Of a DNA stretch of 60,803 nt, positions 28,573-37,481 are shown piece by piece. How positions within the stretch are numbered: the stretch's first letter is position 1; the number at the start of each line of letters is the position of its first letter. The notes beneath the pieces were generated by a model. That model was not told the DNA's origin and made no database searches. It worked only from the letters and a program-made list of their open reading frames with translations. The stretch comes from Candidatus Geohabitans tengchongensis. Its GTDB lineage: Bacteria > Sysuimicrobiota > Sysuimicrobiia > Sysuimicrobiales > Humicultoraceae. A program made the position numbers and the translations under genes. The stretch lies in contig JAVKIH010000012.1 in NCBI GenBank assembly GCA_031459625.1, positions 5,936-66,738 of the forward strand. The letters are read 5' to 3'.

Positions 28573-28596
28573 CCGGCGAATCGTCCTCCCCGGTCG

Positions 28597-29448
28597 ATGC
28601 CGTCATCGCCTTCCCGCCCGCCCCGGCCCCCGTCCCCGACCCGGCGGCGCCGCTTCGTCCGCCGCCTGCTGCGCTGGTACCGCACCGCCGGCCGGCGCCT
28701 CCCCTGGCGCCGCACGCGCGACCCCTACCGCGTCCTCGTCTCCGAGGTCATGCTGCAGCAGACGCAGGTCGACCGCGTCGTACCGAAGTACCGCGAGTTC
28801 CTGCGCCGCTACCCCTCCCTCGAGGCGCTGGCGCGCGCCCACGTCGCCGAGGTGCGCGAGGTCTGGTACCCGCTGGGCTACAACGCCCGCCCTGTGAGGC
28901 TCTGGCAGATCGCCCGCACCGTGCTGGCGGAGCACGGCGGCCGCCTCCCCGCCGAGCGCGCCCGCCTCCTGCGCCTGCCCGGCGTCGGCCCCTACACCGC
29001 CGGGGCGCTACTCTCCTTCGCCTTCGGCCGGCGCGCGGCCCTGCTCGACACGAACGTCCGCCGCGTCCTGCAGCGCGTCTTCTTCGGCCGCCCGGCGCCC
29101 GACCGGGCGCTGTGGGCGCTGGCCGAGCGGCTCCTGCCGCGGCGGGCCTACGACTACAACCAGGCCCTGATGGACTTCGGCGCGCTGATCTGCACCGCCC
29201 GCCGCCCGCGGTGCGACCGCTGCCCCCTCACCGACCTCTGCCGCACCTACCCGCGGCTGGGACCGGAGGCGCGCCGGCGGGCAGGACGCGCCCCGGCCGA
29301 TGGGCGAGGCGCCGCTCGGGTCCCGGTCGACGTCGCCGACGTCCGCGCGGGCCCCGCCGGACTCGACAGGGACGCCGGAGCGCGCGCCGAGGCCGGCGCG
29401 CCGGCGCCGCGGCGGCGTCGGCGCATCCAGGGCGGCGAGCCGCGGTAG
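28597..29448 (+). CDS. mutY: MutY-like HhH-GPD DNA glycosylase lacking the C-terminal NUDIX-like domain
   Basis: LPWR, SEVMLQQTQV, LPGVGPYTA, DTNVRRV, NQALMDFG, C-x6-C-x2-C-x5-C. Confidence 0.85.
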   Translation: MPSSPSRPPRPPSPTRRRRFVRRLLRWYRTAGRRLPWRRTRDPYRVLVSEVMLQQTQVDRVVPKYREFLRRYPSLEALARAHVAEVREVWYPLGYNARPVRLWQIARTVLAEHGGRLPAERARLLRLPGVGPYTAGALLSFAFGRRAALLDTNVRRVLQRVFFGRPAPDRALWALAERLLPRRAYDYNQALMDFGALICTARRPRCDRCPLTDLCRTYPRLGPEARRRAGRAPADGRGAARVPVDVADVRAGPAGLDRDAGARAEAGAPAPRRRRRIQGGEPR

Positions 29449-30113
29449 GGTGCCGACGGGCACAGGTCGGCGAGGGGGCAGGCGGTGCACAGGGGGTTGC
29501 GCGCCGTGCACACCTCCCGCCCGAAGAAGATCAGCCGCAGCGAGAAGGCCGACCACTCCTCCCGCGGCACCAGCCGCATGAGGTCCTGCTCGATCTCGTC
29601 GGGGTCGTCGTGGGCGGTGAGGCCCAGGCGCTGGCTCAGCCGGCGCACGTGCGTATCGACGACCACCCCCGGGACGCCGTAGTACCCGCCCAGGATGACG
29701 TTGGCGGTCTTCCGGCCAACGCCGGGGAGCGTGATCAGCTCCTCCATGGTGCGGGGGACGCGGCCGCCGAACCGCTCCAGCAGCGCCCGGCTCATGGCCT
29801 GGAGGGCCTGCGTCTTCTGGCGGAAGAACCCCGTGGGGCGGATGAGCGCCTCCAGCTCCCGCGGGTCGGCGCGCGCGAAGGCTTCCGGCGTGCGGAAGCG
29901 CGCGAAGAGCTGCGGGGTGACGCGGTTGACCATGGCGTCGGTGCACTGGGCGGAGAGGATGGTGGCGACGAGCAGCTCGAAGGCGTTGCGGTGGCGTAGG
30001 GGGACGCGGGGCTGCGGGTAGCGCTCGGCCAGCCGGGCGATGATCCGCCGGACGCGGCGCCGCGCGGCGGCCGGTGCTTCGCCGGTGGGGAGCTGCAGGT
30101 CGGGAGCGGGCAC
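29247..30113 (-). CDS. nth: Endonuclease III
   Basis: ELLVATILSAQCTD, LPGVGRKTANV, VDTHV, C-x6-C-x2-C-x5-C. Confidence 0.95.
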   Translation of the reverse strand: MPAPDLQLPTGEAPAAARRRVRRIIARLAERYPQPRVPLRHRNAFELLVATILSAQCTDAMVNRVTPQLFARFRTPEAFARADPRELEALIRPTGFFRQKTQALQAMSRALLERFGGRVPRTMEELITLPGVGRKTANVILGGYYGVPGVVVDTHVRRLSQRLGLTAHDDPDEIEQDLMRLVPREEWSAFSLRLIFFGREVCTARNPLCTACPLADLCPSAPYRGSPPWMRRRRRGAGAPASARAPASLSSPAGPARTSATSTGTRAAPRPSAGARPARRRASGPSRG

Positions 30114-30189
30114 GTCTCTATGCTACCCCGTGTACACTCGTAGGCGTGACACCGGCCGCGGTGCCGTCCGCGTCCTGCGAGGAGGAGCC

Positions 30190-31275
30190 ATGACCGACCG
30201 CCTGACCGCCCTGCGCGACCGCCTGCCGGCTGCCGGCCTCGACCTCGTGGCGATCCCCCCGGGCGACGACTTCCTCTACCTGATCGGCTACTCCCCGCAC
30301 CCCGACGAGCGTCCCTGCTATCTCTTCATCGGCCGCGACGGCGGGGTGCTGCTCGTCCCCGAGCTCAACGCCGCGGAAGCGGCGCCGCGGGTGCCGTTCG
30401 AGGCGCTCCCCTACGCCGACGCCACCGGTCCGGCGGAGGCCCTTCGGGAGGCGCGCCGCCGGCTGGGCACCCTGCGCACCATCGCGGTGGGCGACACGAT
30501 GCGCGCGGACGCCCTGCTCCTCCTGCAGGCCACCTGGCCGGAGGCGCGCTTCGTCCCGGCATCGACGGTGCTCGCCCCGTTGCGCATGGTGAAGTCCCCC
30601 GAGGAGATCGCCGCCCTGCGCCGCGCCGCAGCGGCGGCGGACGCCGCCGTCGAGGCCGTCTTCGCCGCCGCCCGGCCGGGGCTGCGCGAGGTCGACCTGG
30701 CCCGCGTCGCCGGCGAGGCGCTGCGCGCCCACGGCGCCACCGAGGTCCCCTTCGCCATCGTCGCCGGCGGCCCCCACTCCGCCTTCCCCCACCACCACAG
30801 CACCATCCGGCCGCTCGGGCGCGGGGAGCCGCTGCTGGTGGACCTGGGGGGCCGGGTGGAGGGCTACATGGGAGACATCACCCGCATGGCCTTCCTCGGC
30901 GCCCCCACCCCGCGCTACCGGGTGATCCACACCATCGTCGAGGAGGCGGTGCAGGCCGGGCTGGCCGCCGTCCGGCCGGGGGTGCCGGCGCGCGAGGTGG
31001 ACCGCGCCGCCCGCGGCGTCATCACCCGCGCGGGCTACGGCGCCCACTTCACCCACCGCACCGGCCACGGGATCGGGCTGAGCGGCCACGAGCCGCCCTC
31101 CATCACCGAGACCGCGGACCTGCCGCTGCAGGTGGGGATGGCCTTCAGCGTGGAGCCGGGGGTCTACCTGGTGGGGGAGTTCGGCGTGCGCCTGGAGGAG
31201 ATCGTGGTGGTGACCGAGCAAGGCGGGGAACGGCTGAGCGCCCTGCCGCGCGAGGTGCGCGTCCTGGAGGGCTGA
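30190..31275 (+). CDS. M24 Xaa-Pro peptidase family
   Basis: RMVKS.EE, PHH, DLG...GDITR, HRTGHGIG...HE, SVEPGVY, VRLEE. Confidence 0.93.
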   Translation: MTDRLTALRDRLPAAGLDLVAIPPGDDFLYLIGYSPHPDERPCYLFIGRDGGVLLVPELNAAEAAPRVPFEALPYADATGPAEALREARRRLGTLRTIAVGDTMRADALLLLQATWPEARFVPASTVLAPLRMVKSPEEIAALRRAAAAADAAVEAVFAAARPGLREVDLARVAGEALRAHGATEVPFAIVAGGPHSAFPHHHSTIRPLGRGEPLLVDLGGRVEGYMGDITRMAFLGAPTPRYRVIHTIVEEAVQAGLAAVRPGVPAREVDRAARGVITRAGYGAHFTHRTGHGIGLSGHEPPSITETADLPLQVGMAFSVEPGVYLVGEFGVRLEEIVVVTEQGGERLSALPREVRVLEG

Positions 31276-31283
31276 CCGGAGCG

Positions 31284-31775
31284 ATGCCGGTCCACGCCAC
31301 GCTCTGCTACATCGTGCGGGACGGCCGCGTCCTCCTCCTGCGCAAGGCCCCGCACCTGTGGGGCGGGGACAAGTGGAACGCCCCCGGGGGCAAGCTCCGG
31401 CCGGGTGAGGACCCGGTGGCCGGTGCGGTGCGCGAGGTGGAGGAGGAGACGGGGCTGCGCGTCTCCAACCTCGAGCCGGCCGGGCTGCTGCGGTTCTACT
31501 TCGGCCAGGAGGAGGCCCCCGACTGGATCGTGCACGTCTTCCGCACGGGCACGGTGGCCGGCGAGGCGCGGGCGGGACGGGAGGGCCACCTGGCCTGGCA
31601 CCCGGTCGAGGCGCTCCCCTACGACGAGATGTGGGAGGACGACCGCCACTGGCTGCCGCTGCTGCTGGCCGGCCACCCGTTCGAGGGGGACTTCTACTTC
31701 GACCGCGAGGCGCAGCGGCTGCTGCGGCACACGCTCAACGGCAGGCCTGCGGCGCCGGCCGGGGGGACAGCGTGA
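31284..31775 (+). CDS. NUDIX hydrolase, MTH1/MutT-like (8-oxo-dGTPase candidate)
   Basis: KWNAPGGK.RPGE...AVREVEEETGL and LPYDEMWEDDRHWLP, typical of the MTH1 subfamily. Confidence 0.85.
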   Translation: MPVHATLCYIVRDGRVLLLRKAPHLWGGDKWNAPGGKLRPGEDPVAGAVREVEEETGLRVSNLEPAGLLRFYFGQEEAPDWIVHVFRTGTVAGEARAGREGHLAWHPVEALPYDEMWEDDRHWLPLLLAGHPFEGDFYFDREAQRLLRHTLNGRPAAPAGGTA

Positions 31776-31796
31776 CTCGCGGTCGAGGGGTCAGCC

Positions 31797-32729
31797 TCAG
31801 GTCACGGCGAGGGCGGCGGCCAGCACCAGGCCCACGTGCTGGTGCAGGCGCGCCGTGCCGCGCAGCCCCTCCCGCGTGAGGGTCGGCGGATCCGTGACCG
31901 TGCGCACCGCCTGCCAGGTGCGCCAGGCCGCGGGAAGGGTCAGGAGGCTCGCCAGCGCCAGCGGCGGCAGGGCCCCGGCCACCGCCCCGCCGACGAGGGT
32001 GGCGTAGGCGGCGGCGACCAGCAGCGCGTACTCCCACAGCGTGCCGCTGCGCCCGAGCAGCGTGGCCAGCGTCCGCTTGCCCTTGCGGCGGTCGCTCTCC
32101 AGGTCACGCAGGTTGTTTACTACGAGGATGGCCGTGACGAGCGCGGCCAGCGGCAGCGAGGCCCACAGGGGCGTGGGCCCGAGTGCCCGAGTTTGCACAT
32201 AGTAGGCCCCCAGCACGATCCCCGGCCCCATGAAGAGACAGACCACCAGGTCGCCCAGCCCGACGTACCCGAGAGGGAGCGGACCGCCGGTGTAGGCGTA
32301 GCCCGCCAGCACGCTCAGCACGCCCAGCACCAGGATCGGCCACCCGGCGGAGGCCGCCAGCCACAGCCCCAGCGCCGCCCCGACGCCGAAGGCGACAAGC
32401 CCGCCGCGCCGCACCACCTCCGGCGGCAGCAGGCCCTGGTGGATCACCCCGCTGGGGCCCACCACGCCGGGCTCGTCCACCCCGCGGACGTAGTCGTAGT
32501 AGTCGTTGATCAGGTTGGTGCCGACCTGGATGGCCACCGCCCCGAGCAGCGTGGCCAGGGCGCGCAGGAGGTCGAACCGCCCGTCGTGGTGGGCCGCCGC
32601 CACGCCGACGAGCACGGGGGTCAGGGAGGCGGTGAGGGAGAAGGGGCGGGCGGCGCGCCACCAGACGGCTGCGACCGACGGCCGGGCGCCCGGGGCCGCG
32701 TGGGGCGCCGGCGTCCGCTCGACGGTCAT
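31797..32729 (-). CDS. menA: 1,4-dihydroxy-2-naphthoate polyprenyltransferase
   Basis: AARPFSLTAS..PV, NLINDYYD..RGVD, YTGGP.PLGY.GLGD, NNLRDLESDRRKGKRTLA. Confidence 0.93.
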   Translation of the reverse strand: MTVERTPAPHAAPGARPSVAAVWWRAARPFSLTASLTPVLVGVAAAHHDGRFDLLRALATLLGAVAIQVGTNLINDYYDYVRGVDEPGVVGPSGVIHQGLLPPEVVRRGGLVAFGVGAALGLWLAASAGWPILVLGVLSVLAGYAYTGGPLPLGYVGLGDLVVCLFMGPGIVLGAYYVQTRALGPTPLWASLPLAALVTAILVVNNLRDLESDRRKGKRTLATLLGRSGTLWEYALLVAAAYATLVGGAVAGALPPLALASLLTLPAAWRTWQAVRTVTDPPTLTREGLRGTARLHQHVGLVLAAALAVT

Positions 32730-33478
32730 GGCCGCCAGGGCAGGGCCAGCCGCTCGAGCCAGTCCAGGGCGGCCGTGGCCACCCACCCGAGCACCGCCGT
32801 GACCAGCAGCCCGGCGAACATCACGTCCACGGCAAAGATCTGGTAGGCGCGCCAGATGAGGAAGCCCACCCCCGCGTCCGAGCCGAGCAGCTCCGCCCCG
32901 ACGATGACGATGAGGGCGAAGCCCATGCCGAGCTTCAGCCCGGTGAAGATCGCCGGCGCCGCTCCGGGCAGGGCCACCGTGCGGAACAGCCCCCAGCCGC
33001 GGGCGCCGTAGGCACGGGCGATGCGGAAGTAGGCGGGGTCGAGCCCCAGCACCCCGGCCATGGTGTTCAGCAGGACGAGGAAGGAGATGCTGAGGGCCAC
33101 GATGGTGACCTTCGACCCTTCCCCGATCCCCAGGTAGAAGATCACGAGCGGGTAGACGGCGATCTTGGGGATGGGGTAAATCGCCGCCACGAGCGGCATC
33201 AGGAGCGCGCGCACGGCGGCACTCAGCCCCATGGCCAGCCCGGCCACCACGGCCGGGGCGGCGCCCAGCACGAAGCCGAGCAGGATGCGCCGGACGCTCA
33301 CGCCCAGATGGTGGGGGAACTCCCCGCTGCGGGTCATGGCCGCCAGCGTGGCCAGCACCGCGCTGGGGGGAGGGAAGAAGCGGGGGTCCAGCACGCCGGC
33401 GCGGCTGAGCGCCTCCCAGGTGAGGAGGAAGAGCAGGGGCGAGAGCAGCGTGAGCCCGCGGGGTGCCCGGGCGCTCAC
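32726..33478 (-). CDS. ABC permease, SsuC/TauC/NitT family
   Basis: FFPPPS.V, YPIPKIA, ARAYGA, VALPGAAP.IFTG, VGAEL. Confidence 0.92.
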   Translation of the reverse strand: MSARAPRGLTLLSPLLFLLTWEALSRAGVLDPRFFPPPSAVLATLAAMTRSGEFPHHLGVSVRRILLGFVLGAAPAVVAGLAMGLSAAVRALLMPLVAAIYPIPKIAVYPLVIFYLGIGEGSKVTIVALSISFLVLLNTMAGVLGLDPAYFRIARAYGARGWGLFRTVALPGAAPAIFTGLKLGMGFALIVIVGAELLGSDAGVGFLIWRAYQIFAVDVMFAGLLVTAVLGWVATAALDWLERLALPWRP

Positions 33479-33557
33479 CGGACCACCTCTGCCTGGAGGA
33501 GCGTCGGGGCGCCGGTGCGCGGCCTCACCCCGTCACCTCCGTGGCCCGCGGCCGGCC

Positions 33558-34427
33558 TCACGCCACCACCTCCGCCCGCAGCAGCTCCCACAGCCGGGCG
33601 CTCAGCGCACCGTACTGCGGGTCGCGGCGCACCTCCCGGTAGTCGCGCGGACGCGGGAGCGGCACCGGGACTTCGGCCTTGAGGCGCCCAGGCCGGGCGG
33701 TCATCACCAGCACGCGGTCGGCCAGCCGCAGCGCCTCGTCCAGGCTGTGGGTGACGAAGAGGACGGTCTTGCCGCTCGCCTCCCAGATGCGCAGCAGCTC
33801 GTCCTGCAGGAGCAGCCGGTGCTGCTCGTCCAGGTTGGCGAAGGGTTCGTCCATGAGCAGCACCGCCGGGTCGGTGGCCAGCGCCCGGGCGATGGCCACG
33901 CGCTGCCGCATCCCCTCGGAGAGCTGGTGGGGGTAGGCGTGGCGGAAGGGCCAGAGGCCCACCTGCCGGATCAGGGCCTCCGCGCGCTCGCGACGGAGGG
34001 CGCGCGGGGCGCCCATCATCCGCAACCCGTACTCGACGTTCTGGGTGACCGTGTACCAGGGGAAGGTGCTGACCCCCTGGAAGACGACCGCGGCCGCCGC
34101 TCCCGGCCACGTCCGGTCGACGCCGGTCGGGTGGGGCGGCGCGGGCCCCGGAGAGGACGGGGCCGGGACGTTCACCGTCCCCCCGGTGGGTGGGAGCAGC
34201 CCGGCCAGGATGTGCAGCAGGGTGGTCTTGCCGCACCCGGACGGGCCGATGAGCGCGCAGAACTCTCCGCGCCCCACGGTGAAGGTGAGGTCCTGCAATG
34301 CCACGACCGGCTCTCTGCCCCGCCCGGGGTAGACCTTGGTGAGGCCCTCGACCAGGATCGCCGGCTCCGTCGCGCGCCCGGCCGGGGCGCGGGTGTCCGC
34401 GGGGGCCGCGGCCAGCGGCGTGCTCAC
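33558..34427 (-). CDS. ABC ATP-binding protein, SsuB/TauB family
   Basis: GPSGCGKTT, YPHQLSEGMRQR, LMDEPF, FVTHSLDEA, TARPGR. Confidence 0.93.
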   Translation of the reverse strand: MSTPLAAAPADTRAPAGRATEPAILVEGLTKVYPGRGREPVVALQDLTFTVGRGEFCALIGPSGCGKTTLLHILAGLLPPTGGTVNVPAPSSPGPAPPHPTGVDRTWPGAAAAVVFQGVSTFPWYTVTQNVEYGLRMMGAPRALRRERAEALIRQVGLWPFRHAYPHQLSEGMRQRVAIARALATDPAVLLMDEPFANLDEQHRLLLQDELLRIWEASGKTVLFVTHSLDEALRLADRVLVMTARPGRLKAEVPVPLPRPRDYREVRRDPQYGALSARLWELLRAEVVA

Positions 34428-35485
34428 CGCTGCGCGGTGTAGGGGCCCAGGATCCGCAGCGCCTCCCGGACGAACCGGGTGTCGATGTACGCCGCCGGCT
34501 CGAGCGGTTTCCCGTAGGTGAGCGCGCCGCGCTTCTTGAAGTACTCCTGGAGCCGCTTGAAGTCATTGAAGTTCATCCGGCCGTTGGGCTCGTGCACCGG
34601 CGGGGCGGCCCGCTTCACCACCGCCGCCGGGACCCCGGTGTACTTCTCGACGATCCGCGCCACGTCGTCGCGGCGGTAGGCGTCCCCCTGGAGGTCGCGC
34701 GACGCCCGCAGCCAGGCCACCAGGAAGCCGGTGGCCTGCCGCGGGTGGGCGCGCATGAACTCGCCGCTGAAGTACAGCGCGGTGACCTGCATGCCGTTGA
34801 TGAAGTCGTCGCTGAGGCGGACGATCTGCCCGCGGTCCTCGGCCAGGGTGGCCAGGGGCTCCCCCAGCAGCCCCGCCGCGATGGCCCCGTTGGCCAGGGC
34901 CGCCGGGACCTCGGGGAAGTTCACCGCCACCATCTGCACGTCGTCCACGGTCAGGCCGCCGCGCAGCAAGGCGGCGTGCAGCCAGAACTCCGTGGCCGAG
35001 CCCAGCACGTTCACGGAGACGCGCTTGCCGCGCAGGTCGGCCACCCGGCGGATCTCCCCGCTCTCGTAGGCGCGCCGGCTGACCACGAGCGGCGTGCTCA
35101 CCGGCGGGCGCTCCATGTGCGCGGGGCCGACCACCTTGAAGTCCAGCCCGCGCGCGGCGGCGTTGAAGAGGGCCGCGCCCAGCCCGCCAACCACCGCCTC
35201 CGCGCGGCCGCTGGCCAGGACGACGAAGGAGGAGGCGCCGCCGGGCGTGCCGATCAGCTCGACCTCGAGACCCTCGCGGGCGAAGTAGCCGCGCTCGATG
35301 GCCACGTACAGCGGCGCGAAGATCAGCACCGGCACGTGCACCACGCGGATGCGCAGGAGGCCCGGGCTTTGCGCGGCCGCATCATGACCCGGCACGGCCG
35401 CGAGCGCGGCCAGGCACAGCGCGGCGAGGAGGCGAGCGGCGCAGAACCGCCGGTGGGCTGTCCGCCGGGGGGTGCTCTCGGTCAT
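34424..35485 (-). CDS. ABC substrate-binding protein, SsuA/NMT1 family
   Basis: Signal peptide; APLYVAIERGYFAREGLEVEL, DLRGKRV, ALANGAI, EPLAT. Confidence 0.9.
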   Translation of the reverse strand: MTESTPRRTAHRRFCAARLLAALCLAALAAVPGHDAAAQSPGLLRIRVVHVPVLIFAPLYVAIERGYFAREGLEVELIGTPGGASSFVVLASGRAEAVVGGLGAALFNAAARGLDFKVVGPAHMERPPVSTPLVVSRRAYESGEIRRVADLRGKRVSVNVLGSATEFWLHAALLRGGLTVDDVQMVAVNFPEVPAALANGAIAAGLLGEPLATLAEDRGQIVRLSDDFINGMQVTALYFSGEFMRAHPRQATGFLVAWLRASRDLQGDAYRRDDVARIVEKYTGVPAAVVKRAAPPVHEPNGRMNFNDFKRLQEYFKKRGALTYGKPLEPAAYIDTRFVREALRILGPYTAQR

Positions 35486-35495
35486 GCTCCCTCCC

Positions 35496-35966
35496 TCAGT
35501 CGCCGAAGGCCCACCGCTCCCCCTGGCGCACCAGCCGCTGCCGGGGGTAGATCCCGTGCGGGCGGTCGGCGAAGGTCAGCTCCTGGACGCGGATGCACAG
35601 CACCGGGTAGTCGGGGTTGGTGAAGTGGTGCGTGAACTCCGGGGCGACGCGCTGCAGCGCCTCGCGGGCCCGCCGCTCCTCGTCCGCCTCCAGCCGCCTG
35701 GCCAGCCCCAGCCCCTGCAGCCAGGCGTCGGCGCGGCGGTCGTCCACGGCGAAGGCGGTGCGCGGGTTCGCCAGCATGTTGGCCAGCGTGCGGGCGCGCC
35801 GTCCCTGGCAGACGACCAGGTCCAGGCCCCAGGCCACGTAGAAGCTCGTCGCCGCCCAGGGCACGTCCTGGTGGGAGGTGGCCAGGGTGCAGACGTGCCG
35901 GCTGGCCAGGTGCTGTTCCACCGCCTCCAGCACCCGCTCGAGCGGCACAGGGCGCACGACGCTCAC
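35496..35966 (-). CDS. Pyridoxamine 5'-phosphate oxidase-like split-barrel flavin-binding protein
   Basis: HVCTLATS...PWAA..FY, NMLANPR.A..VD, LQG.G.A. Confidence 0.8.
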   Translation of the reverse strand: MSVVRPVPLERVLEAVEQHLASRHVCTLATSHQDVPWAATSFYVAWGLDLVVCQGRRARTLANMLANPRTAFAVDDRRADAWLQGLGLARRLEADEERRAREALQRVAPEFTHHFTNPDYPVLCIRVQELTFADRPHGIYPRQRLVRQGERWAFGD

Positions 35967-36607
35967 GCCTCACCCGCCCCCGCGGTGGCGTGCTGGGCCA
36001 GGGCCCCCGGTGTCATCGGCGCCCCGATGCTGCGGAGCAGGAGGGCCCGCAGCGCCGGGAGGCGCGGCTCCAACGGTTCCGTGTCGTGGAGGAGCCACTG
36101 GGAGACGATCTCGGCGAGCGCGCCCATCCAGGCCTGGGCGGCCAGGGCGGTGTCCTGGGGAGGGATCGAGCCCTCCGACACCGCCCGTTCCAGGTGGCGC
36201 TGGATGAGGCGGGCGAACCGTCGGTGGATCTCCAGCCGCTTCTGCTCGAAGGCGGGACCGACCGCCACCGCCTCGACCAGCAAGATCTTCGCCAGGTCCC
36301 GGTGCTGGCCAACTGTCTCGAGCACCGTGCGCAGTGCCGCTTCGACCTTGCGCAGCGCTCCCCCACCCTCCTCGGCGGCGATGGCCCCCTCGACCGAGGT
36401 CTCCACCAGGTCGGCCAGGCGCTCCATCAGGGTGAGGAAGATGGCCTGTTTGCTCTCGAAGTAGTGGTAGAAGGCCCCTTTGGAAGCCCCGGAGGCGGCG
36501 ACGATGTCCTCCACCCCTGCACCGTGGTAGCCCCGGGCGGCGAAGACCTCCATGGCGGCGGCCAGGAGGCGCTCCCGCATGGCGGTGTCTGCGGTAGATC
36601 TGGCCAC
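35963..36607 (-). CDS. TetR/AcrR family transcriptional regulator
   Basis: RERLLAAAMEVFAARGY....VEDIV..SGASKGAFYHYFESK. Confidence 0.95.
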   Translation of the reverse strand: MARSTADTAMRERLLAAAMEVFAARGYHGAGVEDIVAASGASKGAFYHYFESKQAIFLTLMERLADLVETSVEGAIAAEEGGGALRKVEAALRTVLETVGQHRDLAKILLVEAVAVGPAFEQKRLEIHRRFARLIQRHLERAVSEGSIPPQDTALAAQAWMGALAEIVSQWLLHDTEPLEPRLPALRALLLRSIGAPMTPGALAQHATAGAGEA

Positions 36608-36637
36608 TTCCGTAGAACCCCTTGTGCCTGCTGGAAG

Positions 36638-36655
36638 AGACCGACGCGTCGGTCT
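36638..36655. promoter_or_regulatory. Perfect 18-bp palindrome, probable TetR operator
   Basis: AGACCGACGCGTCGGTCT, about 30 bp upstream of the tetR start and next to a minus-strand TAGTGT -10-like hexamer. Confidence 0.75.
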
Positions 36656-36665
36656 ACACTACCCC

Positions 36666-37361
36666 TCAAGGATGGCCTGGACCGACGGCGGCGTCAACAG
36701 GGGTGGGCTCGGTGCTGGGCTCCCGGGGAGATCCCGGAGAATTCGGGGGATCCCGGAACAGGACCCCGGAGGAAGCCGCCCACGCGGCCAGCTTCCTCCG
36801 GGGGAAGAGCGCGAAGCGGACTTGCACTGGCGTGCTAGCGCGTGCCTCGACGGTGAGGGTGCGGAAGCCCCAGGAGGCGGTGCCGGCGCCAGCCGGGAAG
36901 ACCGCCCCGCACATCTGGTAGGTGTGGAAGCCCGGCCCCGCCCGGACGACGCCCTGCCAGGTGCGGACCTCGAGGGGGACACCCGAACCGGTATGGCTGT
37001 TGTTGAAGAGTTCCGGGCCAGCAACGATGCATGGACCGCCGTCGACGCGCAGCCTCACCACCGAACGGCTGGCGCTGGAAGAGTTGTAGGCATCAGCGCT
37101 GAACCGGACGACGACGGTGCGAGTCGCCGTTCCGTTGCTTGCTCCTACGACACCCGGGATCAACGCAAAGTTGGGGAACACCACCCCGGTGGTGAAGTGC
37201 GTCGTGGTGAAGAACGCCTGCCCGGCGGGGATGTCGATCTCGGCACCTTCACCGTTGACCCCGGGGGCGGCGCCTTGCGCCGCCGAGGAGGCACTGAAGG
37301 ACGCCCAGGTGAGGGCCACACCCAGCAGGAAGACCGCCAGCATCGGAACCACGCGCTGCAT
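36666..37361 (-). CDS. Secreted beta-rich hypothetical protein
   Basis: SD GAGGAGG, signal peptide, beta-strand pattern with 2 Cys; the last ~55 aa look like read-through. Confidence 0.7.
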   Translation of the reverse strand: MQRVVPMLAVFLLGVALTWASFSASSAAQGAAPGVNGEGAEIDIPAGQAFFTTTHFTTGVVFPNFALIPGVVGASNGTATRTVVVRFSADAYNSSSASRSVVRLRVDGGPCIVAGPELFNNSHTGSGVPLEVRTWQGVVRAGPGFHTYQMCGAVFPAGAGTASWGFRTLTVEARASTPVQVRFALFPRRKLAAWAASSGVLFRDPPNSPGSPREPSTEPTPVDAAVGPGHP

Positions 37362-37481
37362 CTCTGTCCCTCCTCTATGTTGGAATCCTGCCTGTCGGCC
37401 TCGATCACCCCCTCCGTCCTCGTAATGGTCCCTCCGGTCAGCGGGCCGGCGCAGAGGTGCCCGCGGCTCTCACCTCCTCTC

